A DNA stretch of 64,000 bases from a virus (taxonomy: Duplodnaviria; Caudoviricetes). A program made the translations under genes and the position numbers. A model generated the notes under the pieces. The model did no database searches. It was given only the letters and a program-made list of their open reading frames with translations, and had not been told where the DNA came from. The stretch is taken from IMG/VR virus record IMGVR_UViG_3300034062_005355; one strand, given 5' to 3'. Positions 30,496 to 39,996 of this stretch are shown here, piece by piece; the first letter of the stretch is position 1; each line of letters opens with the position of its first letter.

Positions 30496-30984
30496 TTAAT
30501 AAACAAAGGATTGTTGGTAATCATTCCACACTTTATTTAATAATCCATTTTCATTTAATAATGATGGGACGTATGGTTTTACCTTCATTATCATTTTTGC
30601 TTCTTCAGGAGTTTTATCCCCCTTTTTAAGATTACATTTAAAACAACATGTAACTAAATTGGTCCATTCATTGCGTCCGCCTCTTGATTTAGGTATAACA
30701 TGGTCCAAAGTTAATTGTTTTTTTGAACCGCAATATACGCATTCGTGATTGTCTCTTTTATAAATTCTTGTTCTATTAACTCTAATATTCCTTGTGTTAT
30801 ACTTAATGTAACTTAATAGTCTTATAATTAAAGGTCTAACATAGGTGTTATAACCTGCTGTAATAGGGCATTCATCAGATTTTATAATCTCAGCCTTACC
30901 TTTATCTACAAGTACAAACCCCCTCCTTGTTGAAGTTATATTCAATGGGGTAAAATCATAATTCAGTACTAATACTCCGTTCAT
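30496..30984 (-). CDS. HNH endonuclease
   Basis: RDNHECVYCG...LTLDHVIPKSRGG...WTNLVTCCFKCNLKKG. Confidence 0.9.
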   Translation of the reverse strand: MNGVLVLNYDFTPLNITSTRRGFVLVDKGKAEIIKSDECPITAGYNTYVRPLIIRLLSYIKYNTRNIRVNRTRIYKRDNHECVYCGSKKQLTLDHVIPKSRGGRNEWTNLVTCCFKCNLKKGDKTPEEAKMIMKVKPYVPSLLNENGLLNKVWNDYQQSFVY

Positions 30985-31028
30985 TTTTATTATTTTTTTT
31001 TTAATGATAGGTTATTTTTTTTGCAAAA

Positions 31029-31868
31029 TCAAAAATTTGAAATAATTACTTCATTTGTATTCTTTTCAACTTTTACTGTTGATACTGATGCCGCCCATGA
31101 ATTATACGACATACTTATATTTTTCACATTGTATTTTACGGACCAATCAATTAGGTTTTGATTTATTTGATTTCTGTGCGAAAAAGTGTTTGATAGAATA
31201 AATTGGTATCCATCATTATTTAGTTCGTCAATATATTCTAAAAGTAATTCCTCGTCTTTTTTTTCCCAACCACCATATTTAAATTTAGATGCGATATATG
31301 GTGGATCTAAATAAATAACATCTTTCTTTTTATCTATTTTAGATAAATCCAAATCACTATACTTGCCACATATAATTTGAATGTCTTTCGTTTTAACGAT
31401 TTTTTGGTGATCCTCAATTCGTTTAAAATCAACTTCTTTCATTCCAAATGGGACATTATAACCATTTTTACTGAATCTCAATAAAGAATTAAAGGATAGT
31501 TGTAATAATAGATGTAACATATGAACATTTTCATTGGAGGTTCCAACCTTTACGTATGATTTATTAAAATCATTCCTTAGAGACATGTAAGATTCCTTAT
31601 TTCTACCATTTTGGAAGTATTTCTTATATGTTTCCTCCATTTTTTCCAAAAGATTATCATCTAAAAGTGAGTTATGTAAAGAAACTACATTTGTATCAAT
31701 ATCAATACCTTGACCTCCCTTGTTTGAATTGTAAAGACAAACTCCCGACCCTATAAATGGTTCATGAACCATCTCAAACTTTGATAATACGTCTGATAGG
31801 TAATTGTTATATATTCTAAATTTATTACCACTATATGAAAATGGTCCTTTAATTAATTCTTTATTCAT
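31029..31868 (-). CDS. Dam-like (D12 class) N6-adenine DNA methyltransferase
   Basis: PFSYSGNK...HEPFIGSG...SFNSLLRF...YNVPFG...IYLDPPY. Confidence 0.85.
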   Translation of the reverse strand: MNKELIKGPFSYSGNKFRIYNNYLSDVLSKFEMVHEPFIGSGVCLYNSNKGGQGIDIDTNVVSLHNSLLDDNLLEKMEETYKKYFQNGRNKESYMSLRNDFNKSYVKVGTSNENVHMLHLLLQLSFNSLLRFSKNGYNVPFGMKEVDFKRIEDHQKIVKTKDIQIICGKYSDLDLSKIDKKKDVIYLDPPYIASKFKYGGWEKKDEELLLEYIDELNNDGYQFILSNTFSHRNQINQNLIDWSVKYNVKNISMSYNSWAASVSTVKVEKNTNEVIISNF

Positions 31869-31994
31869 GTGTGTTATATTTTTATAATATAATATATAAT
31901 AGGTTATTTTTTTTAAAAAATCAAAGAGGTGAGTGATCTTTATTTGGAATTATAATTTTTATTTGTATCTTTGTGGTGTTAAAAAGATATAATA

Positions 31995-32702
31995 ATGAAA
32001 ATAACATTAGAAACAGGACAAAAATTATGGTTTACATCCGATACTCATTATGGACATACTAATATATGTCGCGGTGTAAGTAAATGGAAGGATTTTAACG
32101 GTAATGTACCTATAAAACAAACTCGTGATTTTAAAACATTGTACCACATGAATGATGCTATTGTTGAATCAATCAACAATGTTGTTGGTGAGAATGATAT
32201 TTTATTTCACTTGGGTGATTGGTCATTTGGTGGGTTTGAAAATATTGCCGAATTTAGAAACAGAATTGTTTGTAAAAACATCCACTTGATATTAGGTAAT
32301 CACGATCATCATATTGAAAATAATAGAGATGATATACAGGACTTATTCAGTTCAGTGAACCAATATCTACGGTTACAAGTATCTGTTTACCCAGGTACTG
32401 TATTACATACTGGTAAAGTAGATTTAGTATTAATGCATTATCCAATCGCAAGTTGGCACAACATGAATGATAATGTTATACATTTACACGGACACGTTCA
32501 TTTACCTCCAAATAAAAAATTGGCACAAGGTAAAGCTATGGATGTTGGAGTTGATGGAAATGGTTTGATACCTTATTCATTAAATGAAATAACCAGAATA
32601 ATGGATAAGCAACCTATCACTAAATTATCTTTACCTCAAGACCACCACGAGGAAAGAATAGAAGGTAATGGTGGAAATAAAAAGGGAGGATCAAAATTTT
32701 AA
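31995..32702 (+). CDS. calcineurin-like metallophosphoesterase
   Basis: FTSDTHYGH...HLGD...GNHD...HLHGHVH; TATCTTTG promoter upstream. Confidence 0.85.
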   Translation: MKITLETGQKLWFTSDTHYGHTNICRGVSKWKDFNGNVPIKQTRDFKTLYHMNDAIVESINNVVGENDILFHLGDWSFGGFENIAEFRNRIVCKNIHLILGNHDHHIENNRDDIQDLFSSVNQYLRLQVSVYPGTVLHTGKVDLVLMHYPIASWHNMNDNVIHLHGHVHLPPNKKLAQGKAMDVGVDGNGLIPYSLNEITRIMDKQPITKLSLPQDHHEERIEGNGGNKKGGSKF

Positions 32703-32704
32703 CT

Positions 32705-32896
32705 ATGAAAAAAGACAATATTATTATCGACTATTATGTTGATTTGAAATCATTAGATTGGATGAAAGACTTATTTAGACAAAATAACTATAGTGCTATT
32801 GATGAACTTGAGTTATGGAATTCATTATTAAATGTTCCAAAGGAAAACTTACCTGGACGTGCACCATCTTTAAACTATAATCAAAACGGAATATGA
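32705..32896 (+). CDS. hypothetical protein
   Basis: 63-aa ORF in an operon. Confidence 0.5.
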   Translation: MKKDNIIIDYYVDLKSLDWMKDLFRQNNYSAIDELELWNSLLNVPKENLPGRAPSLNYNQNGI

Positions 32897-33075
32897 ATAA
32901 CTATAAAGTAATTGAAGCACAATATATTCTTAGATTGGAAAAGGAAGTTAATGATCATCTTAAAGATGGATGGTTATTATCAGGAGGTGTTAATACCACG
33001 ACAGTCGTTAAACCAACTTTTAATGGTATAGAGTCTTGGATTACGTACTCACAAGCCATTTATAAAATTAACTAA
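32893..33075 (+). CDS. small hypothetical protein
   Basis: 60-aa ORF in an operon. Confidence 0.5.
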   Translation: MNNYKVIEAQYILRLEKEVNDHLKDGWLLSGGVNTTTVVKPTFNGIESWITYSQAIYKIN

Positions 33076-33076
33076 T

Positions 33077-33439
33077 ATGAATAGAGAATTCGCACCTTAC
33101 GAACCATCATTAAATTTAAAAGAATTGGGATTTGATGAACCTTGTTTTGGGTATTATTTATGTAAAAATTCTGCATTTGGTGTTGAATTAGAATTAACAA
33201 CAAATTGGATTGATTTACTACCTTATGATTCATCAAGTTGTAAAGCACCACTTTACCAACAAGCATTTAGATGGTTTAGAGAGAAGTATGGTTACTTACC
33301 TAATATCCATGATTTTAATGGAAATTTTAAAGCTACTTTAAGTGGTAATTGTAATTGGTTAGGAAGTTGGACAAAAACTTACGAAGAAGCAGAACTTGCT
33401 TGTCTTAAAAAATTAATTGAAATAGTAAAAAATAAATAA
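33077..33439 (+). CDS. tandem paralog family 2, copy 1
   Basis: EF.PYE.SL.LKELGFDEPC...AP.Y.QAF..FREKY...YEEAELACL.KLIEIVKN. Confidence 0.7.
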   Translation: MNREFAPYEPSLNLKELGFDEPCFGYYLCKNSAFGVELELTTNWIDLLPYDSSSCKAPLYQQAFRWFREKYGYLPNIHDFNGNFKATLSGNCNWLGSWTKTYEEAELACLKKLIEIVKNK

Positions 33440-33440
33440 T

Positions 33441-33857
33441 ATGAATAAAGAATTTGTACCTTACGAACCATCATTAGCTTTAAAAGAATTAGGATTTGAT
33501 GAACCTTGTTTTGCCAATTATACTGTTATTCCTGAAGACAAAATAAATTGGTTTACTATCCCTGAACAAGGTATTACCGATAAAACTAGTTTTGGTTCAA
33601 GTAAGAATTACAACAGTAAATCTTTTGAAGAAGAAGGTACTATTTCAGCACCACTTTACTCACAAGCATTTAGATGGTTTAGAGAGAAGTATGATTTATT
33701 TGGAGTTGTAGAAGGAAAAGGATATGACTACAAAAGATATTACGTTTATAGTATTAATGGTAAATGGCATCCATCTCGACCTGGGTTAGATACATACGAA
33801 GAAGCAGAACTCGCTTGTTTAATTAAATTAATAGAAATAGTAAAAAATAATGAATAA
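33441..33857 (+). CDS. tandem paralog family 2, copy 2
   Basis: same anchor motifs, different interiors. Confidence 0.7.
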   Translation: MNKEFVPYEPSLALKELGFDEPCFANYTVIPEDKINWFTIPEQGITDKTSFGSSKNYNSKSFEEEGTISAPLYSQAFRWFREKYDLFGVVEGKGYDYKRYYVYSINGKWHPSRPGLDTYEEAELACLIKLIEIVKNNE

Positions 33858-34224
33858 AGAATTTGTACCTTACGAAGAGTCGTTAGCTTTAAAAGAATTA
33901 GGATTTGATGAACCTTGTTTAGCACATTGGTATAATGAAACACCAACAAACTCAGAAGGTCAGTGTCTTGTTTATTATAAAAAACCTTGGGATAATCAAA
34001 AGATTATAAACGGAGTTATTAGAGACTATTATTTTGCACCAACCTACTCCCAAGCATTTAGATTTTTTAGAGAGAAGTATAACGCTCATATATACCCACA
34101 AAAGTTTACAGATAATACTTGGTATGTTAGTTGGGCAGATTGGGAAAGTCCTGTATTTGAAACCTACGAAGAAGCAGAACTTGCTTGTTTAATTAAATTA
34201 ATAGAAATTGTAAAAAATAAATAA
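33850..34224 (+). CDS. tandem paralog family 2, copy 3
   Basis: same anchor motifs, different interiors. Confidence 0.7.
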   Translation: MNKEFVPYEESLALKELGFDEPCLAHWYNETPTNSEGQCLVYYKKPWDNQKIINGVIRDYYFAPTYSQAFRFFREKYNAHIYPQKFTDNTWYVSWADWESPVFETYEEAELACLIKLIEIVKNK

Positions 34225-34225
34225 T

Positions 34226-34633
34226 ATGAAAAAAATATATCTAGATGATGTTAGAACACCTGTGGACCCAAGTTGGGTGGTTGTTAGAAATTACGAGCAA
34301 TTTGTAGATAAAATTAATGAAATTGGTTTAGAGAATATTGAATTGATTTCATTAGATCATGACTTGGGTGATAGTGCCATGGTAGAATGGTATAATAATG
34401 TTTATCACAATTATGAATTGAATTATGATAACATCACCGAAAAAACTGGAATGGATTGTACCAAATGGTTAGTGGAACAATGGATGGATGGTAAACCAGT
34501 TGTAGATGTTGTTATTCATTCCGCAAATGCTATTGGTAGTGGTAATATGATGGGTTATATTAACAATTACAGACACATTAATAGATTACCACAAAATTGT
34601 GTTAGAGTTCAAATTGATCACACAGTTTACTAA
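34226..34633 (+). CDS. cyclic-phosphate-processing receiver-like domain protein
   Basis: KIYLDDVRTP...ISLDHDLG...TGMDCTKWL...IHSAN. Confidence 0.65.
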   Translation: MKKIYLDDVRTPVDPSWVVVRNYEQFVDKINEIGLENIELISLDHDLGDSAMVEWYNNVYHNYELNYDNITEKTGMDCTKWLVEQWMDGKPVVDVVIHSANAIGSGNMMGYINNYRHINRLPQNCVRVQIDHTVY

Positions 34634-34696
34634 ATAATCTTTTTTTTGGAATTGTAATTTTTATGTATATCTTTGTAGTGTTAAAAAAATACGATT

Positions 34697-34894
34697 ATGA
34701 AAAACAACCCAACAATCAAAATACCTCAAAATGCGTCTGAAATGATGTTAACCACGAATGATGACATTATTCAATCAATACCACCTGATGATGAGTTCTC
34801 AGAGTGGGATGTAACCTTAATGGATGGTTTAGAAAACGAACCACCGTACAACCTTACAGATGATTGGGATAACATCAACGGAGATTTGGTGTAA
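34697..34894 (+). CDS. acidic hypothetical protein
   Basis: 65-aa ORF after a TATCTTTG promoter. Confidence 0.5.
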   Translation: MKNNPTIKIPQNASEMMLTTNDDIIQSIPPDDEFSEWDVTLMDGLENEPPYNLTDDWDNINGDLV

Positions 34895-34910
34895 TTCTAA
34901 ACATCCTAAT

Positions 34911-34984
34911 GGACCCTTAGCTCAGATGGTCAGAGCGGCGCGCTCATAACGCGAAGGCCGCAGGTTCAAGTCCTGCAGGGTCCA
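34911..34984 (+). tRNA. tRNA with CAT anticodon, probably Ile2 (lysidine type)
   Basis: cloverleaf GGACCCT/AGGGTCC-A; loop CT-CAT-AA; overall resemblance to the bacterial ileX type. Confidence 0.85.
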
Positions 34985-35178
34985 CAAACAAATAAAAATA
35001 AACTATTATGCAACTAATATTTAACATTATCGTAACAATTTTATTTTTCTTACTTAGTATTATGTGGGGGAAAAAAAGTCTTTTAGACGTTTCAGTTAAA
35101 ACCTTACTATTTGGGTTATCTATTTACGGATTAATTTTAGTTATGTCGCATTTTGGTTATATCATAAAACAATAATTT

Positions 35179-35454
35179 ATGTACAGCGGAAAAATAATAA
35201 AACAATTTTCGGTAGGGTTATTAACAATAATAATATCAGGTTGCAACTTTGATATGAACAAAAAACCTGAACCAAATACGGTATCACAACCTGTTGAAAT
35301 TAAACAACTTGGTACATCTACAGAACCATATGATAGATATTATCAAATTTACACTTTAGAAGGATGTGAATATATTGTGGTAGATTTTGGAAACAATAAA
35401 TGGGGAACCCACAAGGGAAATTGTAAGAATCCAATTCACAATAAGACAAAATAA
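35179..35454 (+). CDS. putative lipoprotein
   Basis: hydrophobic stretch then ISGC. Confidence 0.5.
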   Translation: MYSGKIIKQFSVGLLTIIISGCNFDMNKKPEPNTVSQPVEIKQLGTSTEPYDRYYQIYTLEGCEYIVVDFGNNKWGTHKGNCKNPIHNKTK

Positions 35455-35457
35455 TTT

Positions 35458-35844
35458 ATGAAAATAGCGGTTATTGCACACGATGGAAAAAAGGCTGACA
35501 TGGTTGCCTTTGTAATGAAAAGATTGGAATTCTTCAAAAGGGTTGATGTTATTGCAACGGGAACAACAGGAAAACATATTGAACACGCAGGATTAGATGT
35601 TCAATGTATGAAGTCAGGACCACTTGGTGGTGATGCCCAAATTGCGTCAATGATTGCCGATGGTGAAATCTCAGGGGTTGTATTCTTTATTGACCCGTTG
35701 GAAGTTCATCCTCACCAAGTTGATGTAAACATGTTGTTAAGGATTTGTAATGTGTATAACACACCTTTGGCAACAAACTACATGACCGCATCATATATTA
35801 TTTCAGGTTTGGAAAAAAAGTTGAACCAGGAGTTGGCAAGTTAG
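35458..35844 (+). CDS. mgsA: methylglyoxal synthase
   Basis: IAVIAHDGKK...ATGTTG...SGPLGGDAQI...FFIDPL..HPHQVDVNMLLRICNVYNTPLATN. Confidence 0.92.
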   Translation: MKIAVIAHDGKKADMVAFVMKRLEFFKRVDVIATGTTGKHIEHAGLDVQCMKSGPLGGDAQIASMIADGEISGVVFFIDPLEVHPHQVDVNMLLRICNVYNTPLATNYMTASYIISGLEKKLNQELAS

Positions 35845-35882
35845 AAAAAAGTATTATCTTTGTATTACCAATTTTAATAACT

Positions 35883-36182
35883 ATGATAAACAATACAACA
35901 AAATTAGCAAAACTAACAAGTTTTTATGATACCACACTCAAAGCAACACCAAATCAACTAGTTGAAATATTAGGTGAAATGACCCATAAAGGATCTGGCG
36001 ACGGAAAGGTGTCAATGGAATGGGTTAGAGAAATGGGTGAAGAAGAAATAATTACAATATATGATTGGAAATATTATCGCAATATTGAGATGGATGAAGA
36101 AATTGAATGGCACATTGGAGGATATAATAAAGCCACTACCGAATTAGCAAAAGAAAAAATTTTAACACTTTTAAATAAATAA
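35883..36182 (+). CDS. hypothetical protein
   Basis: 99-aa ORF after a TATCTTTG promoter. Confidence 0.6.
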   Translation: MINNTTKLAKLTSFYDTTLKATPNQLVEILGEMTHKGSGDGKVSMEWVREMGEEEIITIYDWKYYRNIEMDEEIEWHIGGYNKATTELAKEKILTLLNK

Positions 36183-36186
36183 ACAT

Positions 36187-36444
36187 ATGCCAGAATTTGA
36201 CACATACGTAGATGTTGATGTAGATGACTATATATCAGCATGTAGTAAACGAGAAATTGATGAACTTATTGACGCATTAATTGAGGATGGACATATTAGT
36301 CCAAGCGCAGCAAAACTACCCAATCATCTTGGGTTTTTAGAAAGTCTTTTCTTTGAAAAAATGGAAAAGTTAAAAGAAAAATATTATCGTCTTTCAAAAG
36401 AAGATGAAAGTATTTTGGAAGATTTATTTAAAAAATACTTATAA
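36187..36444 (+). CDS. hypothetical protein
   Basis: 85-aa ORF. Confidence 0.6.
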   Translation: MPEFDTYVDVDVDDYISACSKREIDELIDALIEDGHISPSAAKLPNHLGFLESLFFEKMEKLKEKYYRLSKEDESILEDLFKKYL

Positions 36445-36486
36445 GAATTGACTTTTAGGGTTTTTGACTATATTTATAAAAACATT

Positions 36487-36576
36487 ATGAAAAATTTGAA
36501 CACATTTAATAGAACAGAACCAACACCGGCAAACGACGGATTAGGTAATCTATGCTTATGTTCAGATCTTAAATAA
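36487..36576 (+). CDS. putative leader peptide (29 aa)
   Basis: MKNLNTFNRTEPTPANDGLGNLCLCSDLK*, between TATTTATA (36471) and a terminator. Confidence 0.45.
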   Translation: MKNLNTFNRTEPTPANDGLGNLCLCSDLK

Positions 36577-36600
36577 TGGAATAATAAAAAGCCAAATTTA

Positions 36601-36633
36601 AAAACCCTGAACATAAAAAGTTCGGGGTTTTTT
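36601..36633 (+). terminator. intrinsic terminator / attenuator
   Basis: AAAACCCTGAAC...GTTCGGGGTTTTTT. Confidence 0.7.
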
Positions 36634-36665
36634 GTTTTATAAGGTTTTTTGATTATCTTTGTAGT

Positions 36666-36674
36666 GTTCTTTGA
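36666..36674 (+). promoter_or_regulatory. rrn-type boxA-like element
   Basis: GTTCTTTGA between a TATCTTTG promoter and the first tRNA; also at 40219-40227. Confidence 0.5.
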
Positions 36675-36688
36675 AATATGGAAAATAT

Positions 36689-36761
36689 AGAGTAGTTGAC
36701 TAATTGGTAGGTCCCTTATTTTGGGGGTAAGTGCGTGCAAGTTCGAGTCTTGCCTACTCTA
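36689..36761 (+). tRNA. tRNA-Pro(TGG)
   Basis: AGAGTAG/CTACTCT-A; loop TT-TGG-GG. Confidence 0.85.
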
Positions 36762-36767
36762 CATAAT

Positions 36768-36842
36768 GTCTCTTTAGCTCAGTTGGTTTAGAGCAATTGT
36801 TTGTTAAACAATAGGTCACAGGTTCAAGTCCTGTAGGGGACG
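36768..36842 (+). tRNA. tRNA-Asn(GTT)
   Basis: GTCTCTT/AGGGGAC-G; ATTGT-TTGTTAA-ACAAT. Confidence 0.92.
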
Positions 36843-36921
36843 CAAATGTGTCTCGGTCCGCTCTGACGAAAGTCAACGACGAGGTCTCGGTGGACATAAC
36901 GCGTCTGATTCCACCCAAAAT

Positions 36922-36993
36922 GCGAGTATAGTATAGTGGTTATTATGCCTTCCTTCCAAGTAGGATACGCCGTTTCGATTACGGCTACTCGCT
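36922..36993 (+). tRNA. tRNA-Gly(TCC)
   Basis: GCGAGTA/TACTCGC-T; loop CT-TCC-AA. Confidence 0.92.
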
Positions 36994-37043
36994 CTGAGTC
37001 GGTTTTTGTTCCTTTTCTTGGTATTTATTGAGAAAAGGAATTT

Positions 37044-37724
37044 ATGCCAAGAAAACAACACAAATATCATTACATTTATAAGACAACAAATATTATAAAT
37101 GGAAAATTTTACATTGGGATGCACTCAACCAGTAATTTAGAAGACGGTTATATGGGTAGTGGTGAAAGAATAACAAGAAGTTTAAAAAAATATGGTAAAG
37201 AAAATTTTAAAATTGAGATTTTAGAAATGTTACCAAATAGAGATTTATTAAAAAAAAGAGAGAAAGAAATTGTAAACCAAACATTATTAGAAGATAAATT
37301 ATGTATAAATTTAGTTTATGGTGGGGGTGGAGGTTTTATAAGTCCTGAAGGTGTTAAAAAAGGTAGAAAAACAACTGATAAAATATTACAAGAAAGATAT
37401 GGTGATAATTTTTTAAGTGTGATTTTCAAAAATTATTATAAAACGGTGACACCTGAAAAAAGAAAAATACAACTTGAAAAAATAAAACAAAGTAAGATTG
37501 ATTCTGGTTTTGATTTTGGTGGTACTTTTAGAGGAAAAACCCACAAAGATGAAACAAAAAAAATAATTGGTGAAAAAAATGCAATACATCAAAAAGGTGA
37601 AAAAAATTCACAATTTGGTACTTGTTGGATAACAAATGGAAAAGAAACTAAAAAAATTAAAAAAATTGACTTATATTTGTATCCTGAATGGGAATTAGGT
37701 AGAACTATAAAAAAGACGATATAA
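37044..37724 (+). CDS. GIY-YIG homing endonuclease (Seg-like, NUMOD3-type C-terminus)
   Basis: YIYKTTNIINGKFYIGMH...YMGSG; FRGKTHKDETKKII; sits inside the tRNA cluster. Confidence 0.85.
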   Translation: MPRKQHKYHYIYKTTNIINGKFYIGMHSTSNLEDGYMGSGERITRSLKKYGKENFKIEILEMLPNRDLLKKREKEIVNQTLLEDKLCINLVYGGGGGFISPEGVKKGRKTTDKILQERYGDNFLSVIFKNYYKTVTPEKRKIQLEKIKQSKIDSGFDFGGTFRGKTHKDETKKIIGEKNAIHQKGEKNSQFGTCWITNGKETKKIKKIDLYLYPEWELGRTIKKTI

Positions 37725-37740
37725 AATAAATTGGAATAAA

Positions 37741-38057
37741 GTTGGTTCGAAACCGACTATCGTCTCACTGAGTAAGAGATACTCATAAGATTTGACACCT
37801 TTGCTTTAAAATGGTGTAGTTGTCGCCCACCACGACTTTAGAGGAGGGGGTCATGGGAATAAAGGATACTGGCATGTTTCCTCCCAGTAATGCTGATTTA
37901 TATTTTCATGTGGTAAGACACTAATGCGTTTGTTTTTAAGAAAACTAAACCGTTAAAATCTACTTATCCGCAATCTCAGGATGGGGAGCCAACCAAGCTA
38001 AACTACGATACGGGTTAATACCTGTGGGTTAGGGGTGACGGTCAGGAAAGACTGACA
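37741..38057 (+). ncRNA. candidate structured ncRNA (~320 nt)
   Basis: no ORF; hairpins GTTGG/CCGAC and TACTGG/CCAGTA; ends in GTCAG-GAAAGA-CTGAC-A just before tRNA-Asp. Confidence 0.45.
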
Positions 38058-38062
38058 ATTTT

Positions 38063-38135
38063 GGTCTCATGGTTGAATGGTTACAATTCCACCCTGTCAC
38101 GGTGCGAGATACGGGTTCGAATCCCGTTGAGACCG
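38063..38135 (+). tRNA. tRNA-Asp(GTC)
   Basis: GGTCTCA/TGAGACC-G; loop CT-GTC-AC. Confidence 0.92.
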
Positions 38136-38141
38136 CAAAAA

Positions 38142-38215
38142 GCCTCCTTAGCTCAGCTGGCTAGAGCAACTGATTTGTAATCAGTAGGTCGTTGGTTCGA
38201 ATCCGACAGGAGGCT
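38142..38215 (+). tRNA. tRNA-Thr(TGT)
   Basis: GCCTCCT/AGGAGGC-T; ACTGA-TTTGTAA-TCAGT. Confidence 0.95.
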
Positions 38216-38362
38216 CATTTTTAATTTTAAAATAAACAAAAATTGTATGAAAAAACTAAAAGAAATTTCGGGAAAAGATGTGATAGTTATTCTTGTATTT
38301 ATTGCGTGGGTTGTTGGAATGGTTTATATATTATCTAATACAAAAATCGTATAGTAAACAAT

Positions 38363-38436
38363 GGGGATGTAGCTCAGTTGGCTAGAGCGCTTGATTTGCA
38401 TTCAAGAAGTCGTGGGTTCGAGTCCCTCCTTCTCCA
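38363..38436 (+). tRNA. tRNA-Ala(TGC)
   Basis: G3:U70 pair; CTTGA-TTTGCAT-TCAAG. Confidence 0.93.
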
Positions 38437-38454
38437 CAAATAAATAAATAAAAT

Positions 38455-38802
38455 ATGGCACATCCTAATATACACGCAAAAAGTTCCGCAAAAAAGTTTG
38501 GTGGGAAACCTGAAGACTACATTCATTTACACGAGTGGTTAGATGAAACCAAAAGTTGGATGGGAGATTCTTTGCATAGAATGTTCAGACATCATAGTGA
38601 GGGTATTTTTGAAATGGAAAAAAAGTTTGGGACAGAATTCATTAATAGTGATGAAAAAATTGTTTACACTCGTTATGTTGGAGAACAACACGTAAAAGAA
38701 GATTGTAACAATTATTTACCATCGGCAAAAGAATGGATGAACAATATTTTAGAAAATAAACGACCTCAATGGATGTTGAGGACACTTAAAATAGAAGATT
38801 GA
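38455..38802 (+). CDS. DUF6915-like protein
   Basis: HPNIHAKSSAKKFGG...HRMFRHHSEG...EQHVKEDC. Confidence 0.65.
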   Translation: MAHPNIHAKSSAKKFGGKPEDYIHLHEWLDETKSWMGDSLHRMFRHHSEGIFEMEKKFGTEFINSDEKIVYTRYVGEQHVKEDCNNYLPSAKEWMNNILENKRPQWMLRTLKIED

Positions 38803-38813
38803 TATTTATTGTT

Positions 38814-39533
38814 ATGATAGAAATTTTAACTTCAGAAGAAAAAAAATACTTAAACAGAACTTGTAACTATCTTGCGTCATTAGGTATGACAGAAGGTCTA
38901 ATTGGTGTTGAAATGGATTCAGACCAATATGACTTATCACATGAAAATATTGATTGGAAATACATTCAACATTTTGATAATAACTATAGAGCAGAACTAC
39001 CTGAAGGATTACTACCAATTCTTAAAAAAGTAATGAATCATGTTATTGATGAGGATTTATATGATTATCCTGATATTGACTCAATGAGTTATCAAAGAAT
39101 TGAGATTGAAATTGATTGTACCCGAAAAGAACTTACAGTAAGTCACAATTATTCATATTATGGTAGAGGAGATGGTAGCTCAGTTGAATATGATTCTGAT
39201 GAAGATAAAGAAAGATTTGATAAGTGGATGGAAGAAGACATGCAAGATGTTGAGGTCCCAAGTGATGGTATTTTAACTTTAAGTTACAATGGCGGTGGAG
39301 ATTCTGGTTATATTGAAAGTTCATTTGACGAAGTCTTGGATGCGGTTCCTGCATCAATTGAAAATTGGTGTTATAGTCAACTTGAAAGTCATTTCGGTGG
39401 TTGGGAAATCAACGAAGGTTCTGACGGACGATTCATCTTTAATTTCAACAATTCAACCGTTGATTTAGACCATACTTACAACACAGAAGAAAGTGAATCA
39501 AATACTTTGTTTGAGGTTAACTTTTCAATATAA
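38814..39533 (+). CDS. DUF6878-like protein
   Basis: LSYNGGGDSG...GWEINEGSDG; start placed after TATTTAT at 38803-38809. Confidence 0.6.
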   Translation: MIEILTSEEKKYLNRTCNYLASLGMTEGLIGVEMDSDQYDLSHENIDWKYIQHFDNNYRAELPEGLLPILKKVMNHVIDEDLYDYPDIDSMSYQRIEIEIDCTRKELTVSHNYSYYGRGDGSSVEYDSDEDKERFDKWMEEDMQDVEVPSDGILTLSYNGGGDSGYIESSFDEVLDAVPASIENWCYSQLESHFGGWEINEGSDGRFIFNFNNSTVDLDHTYNTEESESNTLFEVNFSI

Positions 39534-39587
39534 GTTGTAATCTTTAATTTTATTTCCTAAATTTGTATTAAGAAAGAAACCAAAGTC

Positions 39588-39672
39588 GCCTGGGTGGTGT
39601 AACGGTAGCCACGCTAGACTTAAAATCTAGTGGACATAAACGTCCGTGCGGGTTCAAGTCCCGCCTCAGGTA
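39588..39672 (+). tRNA. tRNA-Leu(TAA)
   Basis: GCCTGGG/CTCAGGT-A; CTAGA-CTTAAAA-TCTAG; long variable arm. Confidence 0.93.
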
Positions 39673-39679
39673 CAAATAT

Positions 39680-39753
39680 GGTCTCATAGCTCAGATGGAT
39701 AGAGCAACGGTTTTCTAAACCGTAGGTCGTAGGTTCGAATCCTACTGGGACTA
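39680..39753 (+). tRNA. tRNA-Arg(TCT)
   Basis: GGTCTCA/TGGGACT-A; ACGGT-TTTCTAA-ACCGT. Confidence 0.93.
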
Positions 39754-39855
39754 CAAAATCATTATCGTACCTTAGTGAGATACGACGCAATTTATACACT
39801 TAAACAACACGGGAGGGGCGTCTTTCCCGATGTGGCTGAAGCGATAATGATATTT

Positions 39856-39939
39856 GCCCCGATGGTGGAATGGTAGACACTCAAGTTTTAGGAACTTGTG
39901 TCGTAAGACGTGTCGGTTCGAGTCCGACTTGGGGTACCA
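39856..39939 (+). tRNA. tRNA-Leu(TAG)
   Basis: GCCCCGA/TTGGGGT-ACCA; CAAGT-TTTAGGA-ACTTG. Confidence 0.93.
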
Positions 39940-39996
39940 AAAAAAAATATTTGACAAATACGAAACTTTTCGTATTATTGTAATAATTATAAAACA

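Noticed and set aside
36863-36875. Hammerhead ribozyme from CTGACGA
   Set aside because: No stem II followed by GAAA and no cleavage triplet in the required order.
37741-38057. RNase P RNA or SRP RNA
   Set aside because: Lacks the GAGGAAAGUCC and terminal P4 signature of RNase P, and the SRP helix-8 motif.
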